64,000 nt of DNA from Chiloscyllium plagiosum (GCF_004010195.1 NC_057720.1:21605907-21669906), one strand, 5' to 3'. Positions 24,546 to 37,929 are shown, counted from the stretch's first letter. A program made the numbers and translations. The notes: generated by a model not told the origin, from the sequence alone.

Positions 24546-24679
24546 TGGTTATCGGCAAATCATTTAGAGAAATGCTGAACAGGATTGGGGCTGACACTGA
24601 GCTCTGTAGTAGTTCATTGGCCAGTCTTCCCCATGCACTTCTCCAATGTACAAAATGGAGTAGAATTGCCAGAAATGGT
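24546..24679 (+). repeat. ~134-bp near-identical copy of 23648-23781
   Basis: atggttat(t/c)ggcaaatcatttagag...gaattgccagaaatgg, two mismatches seen. Confidence 0.92.
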
Positions 24680-25569
24680 GAGACTGAAGGGTCTGCTTCC
24701 ACGCTGAATGACTCTACGAGTCCATGACTCGATAATAGAATATTTACTGGTTATAATTAACTTGGTTTCTGTCTAAATTCTTAATCAGATTTTACTAAAC
24801 AACTTAACATTTCTCACTACCATACTATGCAGGCCTGCTATGGAGTATCACATAATTTAACATAGTTGGCCTTATCAGGATGAAAAGAAGGCCTGTAGTT
24901 GTAAACCTATTTTGAAATCAATTCTGGAATAAAGGGTTGGAATTGACTTTCAGAAGCATAAAATTAGGTGTTAAATTCCACCCTTAGTACACACGTCCAA
25001 AATCCACCAATTTGTTTGCCAAGATAAACCATCTGTGATGTTGTTGCTTGTGTTTTTTTTCTTTTTATAAATTAAACTCTAGGAAGTGGCAGGCTTCCTT
25101 CTAGACCCCCTGTGTTCACTTCTGCTTAACAACCTCCATTTTCTGAAGTGCTGGTAGTTGAAGTTGGAGTGTCATGCAATGTGGCAGCAACATATTTCAG
25201 ATGTCATTGTAATAACGAGAAGTAATGCTGAGCCAAAGATTTACCCTGCACCTCAGAAGAGCCAAGGGGGAGAAAATAAAGCAAATGGATATAATTTTTT
25301 TGGAGTGCAGTATTGCATCTTAGAATCTGTAATGTGCCAAAATCAAAGCTAATCGGATTGACTCAGGTTTTTTTTGGACTTGTGAAAATAATACAAAACA
25401 GTGCAGCATCTTTCTTCCACTAGATGTTGCTATTTCACATACTAAATCCAACAAGACAGAAATGTTCGAAGTGAATTAAAGACATCTGACCAGGAACTGC
25501 ATAATTATATGAATCAACGTGTCAGAGATCTTGTTCTTGATTATTAAAAGCCTTGTGCATATTTGAACA

Positions 25570-26600
25570 GTTAGGACAGTGTTGAGTTGGAAGGTTGGAA
25601 CTGAGGTAAGGTGGGGGGAGGAGAAATGAGGAAACTGGTCAAGTCCACATTGATGCCCTGGGGTTGAAGTGATCCGAGGCAGACGATGAGGCGTTCTTCC
25701 TCCCGATGTCGGGTGGTGAGGGTGCGGCAGTGGAGGAGGCTCAGGACCTGCACATCCTCGGGAGAGTGGGAGGGGGAGTTGAAATGTTGGGCCACAGGGC
25801 AGTGGGGTTGATTGGTGTGGTTGTCCCGGAGATGTTCCCTGAAGCGCTCTGCTAGGAGGCACCCAGTCTCCCCAATGTAGAGGAGACCGCATCGGGAGCA
25901 AAGGATACAATAAATGACATTGGTGAATGTGCAGATAAAACTTTGATGGATGTGGAAGGATCCTTTGGGGTCTTGGATGGTGGTGAGGGAGGAGGTGTGG
26001 GCGCAGGTTTTGCAATTCTTGCGGTGGCAGGGGAGGGTGCCAGGATGGGAGGGTGGGTTGTTGGGGGCATGGACCTGACCAGGTAGTCACGGAGAGAACC
26101 GTCTTTGCAGAAAGGGGTGGGGAGGGAAATATATCCCTGGTGGTGGGGTCCGTTTGGAGGTGGCGGAAATGTCGACGGATGATTTGATTTATGCGAAGGT
26201 TGGTATGGTGGAAGGTGAGCACCAGGGGGGTTCTGTCCTTGTTACGGTTGGAGTCCTTGTTACGGTTGGAGGGGTGGGGTCTGAGGGTGGAGGTGCGGGA
26301 TGTGGATGAGATGCGTTAGCGGGCATCTTCAACCATGTGGGAGGGGAAATTGTGATCTTTAAAGAAGGAGGCCATCTGGTGTGTTCTGTGGTGGAACTGG
26401 TCCTCCTGGGAGCAGATACGGCGGAGGCAGAGGAATTGGGAATATTGGATGGCATTTTTGTAGGAGGTAGGATGGGAAGAGGTGCAATCCAGGTAGCTGT
26501 GGGAGTCGGTGAGTTTGTAAAAAAATGTCAGAGTCAAGTCAGTCGTCATTAATGGAGATGAAGGGGTCCAGGAAGGGGAGGGAGGTGTCAGAGACAGTCT
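25570..26600 (-). mobile_element. Penelope-like element fragment (RT thumb plus GIY-YIG), frameshifted
   Basis: 'YKLTDSHSYLDCTSSHP..YKNAIQYSQFLCLRRICS', 'AQHFNSPSHS...EERLIVCLGSLQPQGINVD'. Confidence 0.92.
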
Positions 26601-26869
26601 ATGCTACCTGAAATGACAAGGTAGTTGTACAGATGATTATCTAGGATGGACAATAAATGCCATCAAATGCTAAGGACATTTATTTAATAAAAAAACAAAA
26701 ATTTCCATGTTAGCAATTGTTGCAGGCATTATCTCAATTTTTCAAACTTCGCCACAAGCTGCGTATTCTATAGAAAACATGAAGTAAAATGAACCCAATT
26801 GTTGTCAGAATTCAAAGAATTTGAACTTGCTACCGGTTAGTTGCAATCAATGTTATGTTTGGTCTACAG

Positions 26870-27470
26870 CAGGAATAAATACTTGTGGCTGTAATCTTTC
26901 AAAATTCCCGACATTCTCAAATGTGACATTTCTATTCAGGAAAGGAGAGTGACAAAATGCAAGGTCAGGTAGCCTGACATCTGTCATAGAAAAACTGTGT
27001 GAATCCATTATTAGGGAGACGATAACAGAATGTTTAAAAGATCTTAATGCAATCAGGAGAGTAAATATAGTTTTGTGAAAGGCATACTTACTAAAACACT
27101 AGCATTCTTTGAGGAAATAACAAGCATGCAGAATATTGGGGAACCAGTCAAGGTGATGTGTTTGGATTTCCAAAAAAAAAATTCAATGAGGTGGCACATA
27201 AAAATTATTACATAAGTGTTAAGGGGAAAATATTAGCATAGATAAAACCTTAGCTAGCTAACAAGAAGCAGGGAGTTGATTTAAGTTTGTTATTTTCAGG
27301 TTGGGGCAAACTGTAAATTGTGCAGGGCCAGGGGGATCAGTGCTAAAACCTCCACTATTTATAATCAATATTAATCACTTGGATGAAGGGACCAAGTATA
27401 TGGTAATTAGATTTGCTGATGTTATAAAGATGGATTGGAAAACAAGCTGTGAGAAGGCCACAAAATGATT
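26870..27470 (+). mobile_element. Heavily decayed CR1 RT fragment
   Basis: Remnants of 'LDFQK', 'QGGSVL.PPLFI..IN.LDEG' and 'RFADV.K'. Confidence 0.65.
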
Positions 27471-28467
27471 GGGATTGTTGTGATCTCAGGAGATAGTAAT
27501 ATTAGACTTGTCAGATCTGTCCCTCATTGTTCTCTGCAGATAGAAGAAGCACGTACATATACTGCGCCTGTTTAAATAGGTGACAGCCTGGTTCACTTCT
27601 CAGGACAATACCCTGACCAGTCATTGTCAACTTGCCTGGTTTAAAATTTGTACAAACTCTGGCTGTTCACTGTCAATCAGCATTAATGGATGCATTCTCC
27701 ATGGCAATGCCTCTACAAGCAGAAGCCATGTGCAAACCAATCAATGCTCTCCTCTCAGGTATTATAAGCTTAATGTTCCTTTTGAATTGGTATTCTTGTG
27801 AAATGCCCTGATGAGTACATAACAAAACTTTTTTTTTAACAAAATATATTCTCTACACCTTTTATCACAGGATATAGGCAGGTTAAGTGATTGGGCAAAA
27901 ATGTGGCAAATAATACATGATGTAGGTAGGATGTGAAGAGAAAGTACAGTTAACATTTCAGGTGCAGGGACCCTTCTTCAGAATGGATTTTGTTTCTGAT
28001 TTCAAGCATCTTTGGATTTTTTTGTTTAGTGTTAAAATCATCAGATTTGCTCAGATCACTGTGCTATCAAGGACAGAATCCTGCTTTTTTCAACCTATCA
28101 GCAAATTAATTAGTGAAGCAATTGTGAGTAAATTAATCAATAATAATATCATCCAATATTTGAAGTAAGCATTATTTCTACCACATCACATGACATTCAT
28201 TTTGCATCTGTCCATAACAGGAAACATTTGTATCCTGAAGGCATTTACAACTTAAGTTTATACTTGACACCCTCACTCACACCTTGCATAACTATTCATA
28301 AGTTAAAGTTTATTTTTACACACATTATTGCTAAACACTCAACTCTCCTTACATCTCCTCATATTTTGGAATTAGCTAAAAACCTGCTTTCCTCTTATCT
28401 CTTGCCAATTATGAAAGAAGGATTTACAAAAGTACTTGCATTTATAGGCCAGGATTTCACCACTTCC

Positions 28468-28705
28468 TTTTATGGGATGTGGATGTCACTGGCCAGCCAG
28501 TATTTATTGCCCGTCCCTAGTTACCCCTTGAGAAGGTGGTGGTGAGCTGCTTTCTTAAACTGCTGCACCCCACAATGCCACTGGGAAGGGAATTCCAGGA
28601 TTTTGACCGAGCGACGGTGAAGGAATGGCGATATATTTCCAAGTCAGGATGATGAGTGGCTTGGAGAGGAACTTGAAGATGATAATGTTCCCATTATCTG
28701 CCACT
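28468..28705 (-). mobile_element. 3' end of a CR1/L2-group LINE
   Basis: Minus reads ...ILTWKYIAIPSPSLGQNPGIP..., then tail ggcaataaatactggc...gccagtgacatccacatcccat. Confidence 0.65.
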
Positions 28706-29224
28706 TCAAGGAGTGGGCTTCAAGGCAGGGACTGAAGCCACACAAAATTGTGCGGGAGGGCTGTTGTGGTATCTCAACCTCTGGACCAGGAGGCCTGGAT
28801 TCAAGTCCCAACTGTTCCAGAAGTGTAGAATGACATCTCTGAACAGGCTGGTTAGGAAACTATCTAAAATTGTATGGGATGCCAAAAGTATCCATCATCT
28901 TCCCAGCTGTGCCAGGATATTGTAAGCTGCAGCAAAGTCCATGCCATGTGGTAAAACCTAGGGTGGGGTTGTGCCTTTCTTTTTGAATACCCAGTGCCCA
29001 TTAGAGGATCACCAGCAGCAACAGCCAGCCCAGTTTTAAAAACCACCCCCACCTGGTTGCCTCTCAATCACCCCTTTCTGACCAGGTTCTGTCTGATGGT
29101 CTCCATGCTGCATGTACCTCTCCTTCGGGTTTCCTGCAGTACTAGCAATGACCACTGCTCTTGGTGGCAGTGCTGGGCCTGAGGGTTGCTGGCCCTCTTA
29201 TTGGCCAGTAGCTCTCAGAGGCAG

Positions 29225-29912
29225 GAGAAGGTCCGAGGGAGTGTTGCTGAACAAAGAGACCTTGGAGTGCAGGTTCATAGCTCCTTGAAAGTGGAGTCGC
29301 AGGTAGATAGGATAGCGGAGTTGGGAGGTCATGTTGCACTGTACAGGACATTGGTTAGGCCACGGTTGGAATATTGCGTGTAATTCTGGTCTCCTTCCTA
29401 TCAGAAAGATGTTGTGAAACTTGAAAGGGTTCAGAAAAATTTACAAGGAGGTTGCCAGGGTTGGAGGATTTGAGCTACAGGGAGAGGCTGAACAGGCTGG
29501 GGCTGTTTTCTCTGGAGCGTCAGAGGCTGAGGGATGACCTTATAGAGGTTTACAAAATCAAGAGGGGCATGGATAGGATAAATAGACAAAGTCTTTTCCC
29601 TGGGGTCGGAGAGTCCAGAACTAGAGGGCATAGGTTTAGGGTGAGAGGGGAAAGATATAAAAGAGACCCAGGGGGCAACATTTTCATGCAGCGGGTGGTA
29701 CGTGTATGGAATGAGCTGCCAGAGGATGTGGTGGAGGCTGGTACAATTGCAACATTTAAGAGGCATTTGGATGGGTATATGAATAGGAAGGGTTTGGAGG
29801 GATTTGGGTTGGGTGCTGGCCGGTGGATCTAGATTGGGTTGAGATATCTGGTCAGCATGGATGGGTTGGACCTAAGGGTGTGTTTTCGTGCTGTACATCT
29901 CTATAACTCTAT
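29225..29912 (+). mobile_element. CR1 3' fragment, young subfamily
   Basis: ORF 29452..29832 'LPGLEDLSYRERLNRLGLFSLERQRLR...FKRHLDGYM'. Confidence 0.95.
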
Positions 29913-30167
29913 AACCTGCCTGGGCAGTGGGGAGAGGGGCATGATGTCAGGTAACCGATTGCTTGTCGATTAGAAAATCTGGTTGTGACTTCCCAGGCTA
30001 GAGGAGGTGGCCTCAGAACACTTTTCTAGTTAGTGGTTAGGGCAACCTCTGCAATAAATCCTAGCCATATCAGGCTTTTCATAAGCACAGGATGTCCCAA
30101 AATGCTTTACATGTAATAAAGTAATGTAGACCCAAATTACACACAACATGCTCTCACAAGTACTGAA

Positions 30168-30570
30168 CAACAGAGTGGCTCAGTGGTTAACACTACTTTC
30201 TCAAAGCACTAGGGACCTAGATTTGATCCCAATCTTGGACGACTGTTTGTATGGAGTTTGCACATTCTCCCTGTGTCTGCATGGGTTTCCTCCGGGTGCT
30301 CCAGTTTCCTTCAAAGTCCAAAGACGTGCAGGTTAGGTGGATTGGCCATGCTGAGTTGTCAGTAGTGTGCAGGGTTGTGCAGGTTAGGTGGATTGGCCAT
30401 GCTGAATTGTCAGTAGTGTGCAGGAATGTGCAGGTTAGGGGGGTTAGCCGTGGGAAATGCAAGGTTACAAGGATAGGGTAGGAGGTGTGAGTTCGGGTGG
30501 GAGGCTCTTTGGAGGGTTGGTGCAGACCCAACGGATGGAATGACCTCTTTCCACACTTTAAGGATTCTAC
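30168..30570 (+). mobile_element. HE1/V-SINE-like SINE with internal 51-bp tandem duplication
   Basis: gtggctcagtggttaacact head; unit gtgcaggttaggtggattggccatgctga.ttgtcagtagtgtgcagg repeats at 30326 and 30377. Confidence 0.85.
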
Positions 30571-30574
30571 AATG

Positions 30575-30790
30575 TATGAAATATCACTGTGATAATGACC
30601 AGGTAATCTGCTTTTGTAATGTCGGCTATGGGATAAATATTGGCCAAGAGACCAGGGTTAGCTTCCTTGTTTTTCAAACATTAACCATCATGACACTCAC
30701 CTGAAACTGTAGTGGGAGTGGGTTTGATTTAATTCATGTCCAACCCCCTCAGCTCTGCAGCAGAGTATCAGTCTTGATGTTTGTACTTAA
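30575..30790 (-). mobile_element. Old Deu-domain-like SINE, interrupted by the SINE at 30168
   Basis: gggataaatattggccaagagaccaggg is the reverse complement of a Deu-like core; tail-like sequence at 30075-30130. Confidence 0.5.
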
Positions 30791-31481
30791 GTTGATGGAA
30801 GGAATCTAATTCAGCCCATTGTGATGGGAAACATAATGGCAGACACTTAATGATGGGAGGGATTGTGTGTCAGTCTCCGTGTAGGGGAAATCCTCCTAGA
30901 ATTAAATCAGAGTTGGGAAGGTAACCGTACAGGAACTCACAAACTTGTAGCAGGATGTCAATTAGGCATATGAATAAGCCAACTGAAACTGAGCTCATTA
31001 GAGTTTAATGGTTAAACATTAAATTGGAGCCACAAAACTTTTTTGTAACTTCCAAATGCTCCAAACAGAACTGTTGGGTTTGCAAATGATTTACTGGGAA
31101 CTGGCAGTGGAAGACATCCTTTGCTATCAGGCACATAGGATCTTATATGAATGACATTTGTGACAGACTGGCTCAAGAACCCAATGAGGCCTACCTCTAC
31201 GACAGGAACATCTCACACCACCTCTTACATTTTTGCCAAGTTTCTCACAGAACAGCAGTGATTGCCAGTTAAGGGGCTTTATTGCTCATGAAATGTCTTG
31301 TTAATGTCCCAGCTGGCCACATTAATATTTAGTTTTCTCTCTTACTCAACGTGCCCAACCAGCTGGATGCCGAGAATTCTCAACAAGGGGACTTGGGAAC
31401 TTCAGCTCACTGCTTTCTCTGACATGCCTCCATGTTGGATAGCGGGCACTAACGTCTCAGGGCACACTCCATTGGCAATCC

Positions 31482-32907
31482 CCATCTACAGATGCCATAC
31501 ACGCACTCCTCAGCCACAGATACCATGTACACACCCCATATCCACGGATACCATACATGCACCCAACAGACACGGGTACCAGACACAGCCACGGAAACCA
31601 TACACACACCTCACATCTACAGGCACCATACACGCACTCCACAGTCACGGATATCATACACACACCCAATATCCATAGATACCATACATGCACCCCACAT
31701 CCGCAGGTACCATATGCGCACTCCACAGCCACAGATATCATATACACACCCCACATCCACAGATACCATAAGCACAACCCACATTCACAGAAACCTACAT
31801 GCACTCCACAGATGTAGATACCTTACACTCACCCCAGAGACACAGATACCATACACACACCCCATGCACCCATACATCCACAGATACCATACATTTACCC
31901 CAAGACACTGCTACTATGCACATACTGCACATCCACATACCATACATGTACCCCAATCCACAGATACCATGCATGCACCCCATATTCACAGATACCACAC
32001 ACGCACCTCATAGACACAGACAGTATACATGCACCCCCATATCCATGGATACCATACATGCACCCCATATCCACAGATACCACACATGCACATCAGAGAC
32101 ACAGATACTAAACACACACCCCATCTCCACAGGTACCACACACCCGGTCCACAGCCACAGATACAACACATGCATCCCACAGCCACGGATACCATACACG
32201 TTCTCCACATCTACAGATACCATTCACATACCTCATATGCACAGATTAATACATGCATTCCGTATCCACAGATACCATACGTGCACCCCACAGCCACAGA
32301 TACCACACACACACTCCACAGCCACGGATATCATACACACACCTATAGCCACGAATACCTTTACACATACGCCATATCCACAGATACCATACATGCACCC
32401 TACAGCCACAGATACAACACATGCACCCCATATCCACAAATACCATACACGCACTCCACATCTATAGATACCATGGACACACCTCATATCCACAGATACT
32501 ATACATGCACCCCATATCCACAGATACTATCCACAGCCATGGATACCTTTACACATATCCCATATCCAGAGATACCATACACGCATTCCACAGCCATGGA
32601 TATTATACACACACCTCATATCCATGGATACCATACATGCACCCCATATCAACAGGCACCATACATGCACCTCACAGACACAGATACTATACCCGCACCC
32701 CATATCCACACATACCATAAACACACCCCACAGATACAGATACCATACATATACCCCATATCTACTGATACAAAACACACGCCCCACATCTATGGATACC
32801 ATACGCATACCCAACAGACATAGATATCATGCGCACACCCCATATCCACAGATACCACACACGAACCCCACATCTACAGATACCAAAGACACACCCCACA
32901 GCCACAG
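31482..32907. repeat. Complex AC-rich minisatellite, ~28-30 bp units
   Basis: About 50 diverged units such as ccacagataccatacatgcaccccatat with ccacagccac variants. Confidence 0.95.
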
Positions 32908-33109
32908 TTATCGAGATTTGATTTGTGCCAGCTTCTAAAAGCCCTCGTGGCACATCTCCAACTTATAGGACACTTCTGCATTTCAATGCTGCATCAGACT
33001 GCACCGTTGATTCTCATTATAATGCTGCAACAAGGACACTGTGCACCAAGGGACATGTACATAACTCAGACTGGACCAGTCTGCATCTCCCAGCTTTCCG
33101 ATCACTGTG

Positions 33110-33202
33110 TCACCTGATGAAGGGCTTTTGCCTGAAACATCGTTTTTCCTGCTCCTCAGATGCGGCCTGACCTGCTGTGTTTTTCCAGCACCACTCTAAT
33201 CA
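33110..33202 (+). mobile_element. Penelope-LTR-derived fragment with decayed hammerhead
   Basis: CTGATGA A GGGC TTTT GCCT GAAAC ATC ...gcctgacctgctgtg.ttttccagcaccac. Confidence 0.75.
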
Positions 33203-35757
33203 TAATTCAGTTATGTTTAGTTTAGCAATGGAAAGGGATAGGCATATGCCACATGTCGAGAGTTATCGATGGGGCAAGGGCAATTATAATGCGATTAGTC
33301 AAGAATTAGGATGCAAAGAATGGGATAGCAAAATGCAGGGGATGCAGACAATGGAAATGTGGAGCTGGTTTCAGGAACAGAGATTGCATGTCCTTGATTG
33401 GTATGTCCCTTTCAGTCAGGGAGGAAGTGATAAGGTAAGGGAACCGTGGTTTACTACAGAAGTGCATCTCTTGTTAAGAAGAAGAAGAAGGAGGCTTATG
33501 TGTTGATGAGGCAAGATGGTTCAGGCAAGGCGGTAAAAGAGGGGGAGGTGTTAGTCAAGGGTAATATAACGGTGGCTGAGAGAACTTTTGATGAGGACTC
33601 GTCTACTGAGGTAGTGTGGGCTGAGGTTAGAAACAGGAGAGGAGAGGTCACACTGCTTGGAGTTTTTTATAGGCCTCCGCAGAGTTCCAGGGAGGTGGAA
33701 GAGAGGATTAGCAAAATTATTCTGGGTAGGGGGTGAAAGGAACACGGTGGTCATTATGGGGGACTTTAACTTCCCCAACATTGACTGGAAATGCTATAAC
33801 TCTAGGACATCGGATGGATCAGTTTTTGTCTAATGTGTACATCTTGGTTCAGATGAGGCGATGGAAAGTTACAGATCAGCTAGGAAGGATCTAAAGAGAG
33901 AGTTAAGAAGAGCTAAGAGAGGACACGAGCAGTCTTTCGCAAATAGAATAAAGGAGAACCCTAAAACCTTCTATAGGTATGTGCGGAATAAAAAGATGAT
34001 TAGGGTAGGAATAGGGCCAGTCAAAGACAGAAGTGGGAAGTTGAATGTGGACCCTGTAGAGATCAGAGAGACGCTAAATGAACATTTCTCATTGGTTTTC
34101 ACTCAGGAAAAGGAGAATACTGTAGAGGAGAAGAATGAGGTACGAGATATTAGACTAGAAAGGATCGAGGTTAGTTACAAGCAGGTGTTATCAATTCTAG
34201 AAGGAGTGAAAGTAGACAAGTCCCCTGGGCTAGATGGGATTTATCCGAGGATTCTCTGGGAAGCTAGGGAGGACTTAGCAGAACCTTTGGCTTTGATATT
34301 TGAGTCGTCATTTTCTACAGGTTTAGTACCAGAGGACTGGAGGATTGCAAATATTTTGCCCTTGTTCAAGAAGGGCAGTAGAGATGACCCAGGTAATTAT
34401 AGACCAGTGAGCCTTACCTCTGTTGTAGGAAATGTTTTGGAAAGGATTATAAGAGATAAAATTTATAATCATCTAGCAAGCAACAATTTGATTTCAGATA
34501 GTCAACATGTTTTCGTCAAGGGCAGGTCGTGTCTCACAACCCTCACTGAACTTTTTGAGAAGGTGACCAAGCATATAGATGAGGGTGGGGCAGTTGACGT
34601 GGTATACATGGACTTCAGTAAAGCCTTTGATAAGGTTCCACATGGTAGGCTGTTGAAGAAAATGCAGAGGCATGGGATTGAGGGTGAGTTAGCAGTTTGG
34701 ATTAGAAACTGGCTTTCTGAAAGAAGGCAGTGAGTGATGGTTGATGGAAAATATTCAGCCTGGAGTCCGGTTACTAGTGGTGTGCCACAAGGATCTGTTT
34801 TGGGCCACCTGCTGTTTGTCATTTTTATAAATGATTTAGACGCAGGCATAGGGTGGATTAGTAAATTTGCAGATGAAACTAAAGTCGGTGGAGTAGTGGA
34901 CAGTTTGGAAGAATATTACAGGTTGCAGGGGGACTTGCAGAATTGGGCTGAGAGGTGGCAAATGGAGTTCAATGCAGCTAAATGTGAGCTAAACTTTGGG
35001 AAGAATAACATGAAGGCAGAGTACTGGGTCAATGGAAAGATTCTTGATAGTGTGGATGTGCAGAGGGATCTTGGAGTCCATGTACATGGATCCCTGAAAG
35101 TTGCCACCCAGGTGGATAGTGCTGTTAAGAAGGCATACGGAGTGTTAGGTTTCATTGGTAGAGGGATTGAGTTCCGGAGCCACAATATCATGTTGCAACT
35201 ATACAAAACGCTGGTGCGGCCATACTTGGAATATTGTTTCCATTTCTGGTCCCCATATTTCGGGAAGGATGTGGAAGCATTGGAAAAGGTGCAGAGGAGA
35301 TTTACCAGGATGTTGCCTGGTCTGGAGGGTAGGTCTTATGACGAAAGGCTGAGAGACATGGGTCTGTTCTCATTAGAAAGAAGAAGGCTAAGAGGGGATT
35401 TGATAGAGACATACAAGATGATCAGAGGATTAGATAGTGTAGACAGTGAAAGTCTTTTTCCTAGGATGGTGACGTTAGCTAGTACAAGGGGGCATAATTA
35501 CAAATTGAGGGGTGATAGATTTAAGACAGATGTCAGAGGCAGGTTCTTTACTCAGAGAGTGGTAAGGGCGTGGAATGCCCTACCTGTTAATGTAGTCAAC
35601 TCAGCCACATTAGGGAGATTTAAACAATCCTGAGATAAGCATATGGATGATTTTGGGATAGTGTAGGTGGACGAGCTGAGAATAGTTCACAGGTCGGTGC
35701 AACATCGAGGGCTGAAGGGCCTGTTCTGTGCTGTATTATTCTATGTTCTATGTTCTA
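33203..35757 (+). mobile_element. CR1 LINE, 5'-truncated and rearranged, young
   Basis: ORFs 33861..34733 and 34734..35633 are in frame and separated by one TGA; RT motifs NYRPVSLTS, YMDFSKAFDKVPH, SGVPQGSVLG, FADETK; (ttctatg)n tail. Confidence 0.97.
33861..35633 (+). pseudogene. CR1 ORF2 reverse transcriptase region with a single nonsense codon at 34731-34733
   Basis: ERRQ*VMVDG where R is expected; catalytic motif reads FADE rather than FADD. Confidence 0.9.
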
Positions 35758-37449
35758 AACCACCCAGACCCATTTCCCTCTGACTAATGCACCTAACACT
35801 ATGGGCAATTTAGCATGGTCAAACACCAGGGACCTTTGGTGAAATCCCTACAGCACCACCATGCTCCTCTGATTGGCCAGCAGCTTTCAGTGTATGGTTT
35901 TCCGCTTGTCTCAGAGGTGAGAATGTTACAACTGAGTCATGTCTGCTGTGAGTCTTGATGAAAGAAATGTTTGCATTCGTGTAGCATCTTTCATAACCTC
36001 AGTGTAACCCAAAGTGCTTTACAGTAATTGAAATCGTACCTTTCTTAATCCATGGAAAAGTTTAGATCCAAACAGAAAATATAGTTTAGTAGACTCTGGT
36101 TTGCAATTTGACATTCATACAATGACTGTCAGGTCACAAAATGAGGGATCCAGAATAAAATGAAGAGTGGCTACCTAACAGTTGTGTTGTATTCTGTAGA
36201 AAATGTCAAACAGGTCATTCTCCAACCCTGCAGTATATTGTCTATATCCATGGCAGTGACCATCAGGTGCCTTGCTGTCCTTACCATGAATGACTTCTAT
36301 GATCTCCACAGATAACCAATACATTTTGAAATGATACTTGAACTTCAAGTGACTGATTGAAATGATTACATTACAAGATTTCAAGTTTAATGTCTTTCGT
36401 AATAGCAAACAAATTAAAAGCAAGCCTAACTAAACAATGATTTTGGAGGCAACTGCTCCTGTAAACTATTGAAAAGAAGATTTAACCCTTCACACGTCCA
36501 AAAATCCCTCTCCATGGTATTTCATAGTGGATATTTCATTTAGTCCAAAGATCTTCTCAACTCCTGAAGACTTGCTTCCTTTTCCCTCTTCCAGCTGGTA
36601 AACAGTTAATACCTGAGTTGACTTCTCAGCCTTATTTAAATCTATGAACTTGTTCTCTTTAATTTGAACTCCCACTTGCATTCTGCATGAAAAATTATAG
36701 AGTCTTGTTTCCTCAATCACTTTGCTTTGTCTCGCTCTTTAAGAGTCTTGTAGAATGATTCTAACTGTGATGGTTAGGTGTTTCTTAAAGAAGCCAGCAA
36801 CCGAATCTATAGTCAAATCCTATAAACATACTTGCTTCTGAAAGTCTATTTCCATGGCAACATGAATCACACACTCCTTGTATCCAGTTGGAAATACTAA
36901 TTAACTACCTCTGATCATCAACTCCATTCTGTCTTGAATTTAAGTAGACAGTTTAAAGTATAATTGTTTATGAAACTTGACATTCCTAACAATTCACAGT
37001 AAAACCTGGAGACTAATAGTCTACACAGAGCCAGCAGAGATGCTCTCTCCCTTGTCTACAATTGTAAATGTCTTGCACCTTCTTCCCAGTAAAACAATTT
37101 GGGCCTCAATGTCCCCATAGCAACCAAACCAGCCATGCTTGGTATCAAGCATGATTCGCGGTGTGACCAATGACTCTTGGCACTAATCCATTTAACCTTA
37201 CTATAGACAATCAATAAAATTAAAAATTTTGTAAAGGCAATAGCAACCATGCCCCAAACCCATTCTCCAGCAACTCATAGATCTTTCTGATGGATTTCAT
37301 TTGGAATCCATATGACAAAACCACAGCAAGCTAGGGAACAGATGCTTTGACTGTGTTCCTAACCCTCCTTGCAGTGCTTATTCACTTCACCATTTCCAAG
37401 TCCATTGTCTGAAATCATGTGAGATTCGTACCTAGATCTTTGAAGGTTG

Positions 37450-37850
37450 CAGAAGCACATTGAGAGAGTGCAAGCATATGTTATTTTGGGACATTGAGTC
37501 ATTGAGTACAGAAGTAAGTTATGCTGAACATTATAGTTAGGCGAAGTAGAACATGGCATCAAATTCTGAACACCACAAATTAGGAAGGATGTGAAGGTCC
37601 TTGAGGCATTGCTGAGGAGATTTAACAGACTGGTTCTAGGGATGAAAAATCTCTAGAATGAAGAATTTTAGGTACAAGGTTAGTTTGGAGAGGCTGGAAA
37701 ATAGCAGGTTGAGGGGAAATTTGAGAGAAGTGTTTGAAATTATGGCAGGTTTGGATAAAGTGGCCAAAGAAAAGCTGTTCACATTATTTAAGTGTACAAG
37801 GACTGGTTGAGACAGATTTAAGATTTTAAACTGGAGATGGAATAACAACT
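37450..37850 (+). mobile_element. Heavily decayed CR1 3' fragment
   Basis: taggaaggatgtgaaggtccttgag...gaggagattta, aggttgaggggaaatttgagagaagtgtttgaaattatg. Confidence 0.65.
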
Positions 37851-37929
37851 TATAGAGTGAAATACTCCAAGGTGCTTCAAAGGAGCATTATGAAACAAAT
37901 AATGACACCAATCCATAAAAGGTGCAATT

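Noticed and set aside
25476..26222. 248-aa ORF as a novel Pro-rich protein
   Set aside because: It is an off-frame reading of a frameshifted Penelope-like element.
26235..26270. 18-bp tandem duplication gtccttgttacggttgga inside the Penelope fragment
   Set aside because: Ordinary slippage or repair duplication with no functional signal.
31482..32907. CRISPR-like regular repeat spacing
   Set aside because: Units are contiguous and degenerate with no unique spacers, there are no cas genes, and the context is eukaryotic.
31298..32953. Many overlapping His/Thr/Pro-rich and Cys/Gly/Val-rich ORFs of up to 264 aa
   Set aside because: They occur in multiple frames on both strands of a minisatellite, so they are compositional artefacts.
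36490..36720. Minus-strand ORF with a decent acceptor (ttttcatgcag) reading MQVGVQIKENKFIDL...
   Set aside because: No clear donor, no recognisable domain and no linkable neighbouring exon.
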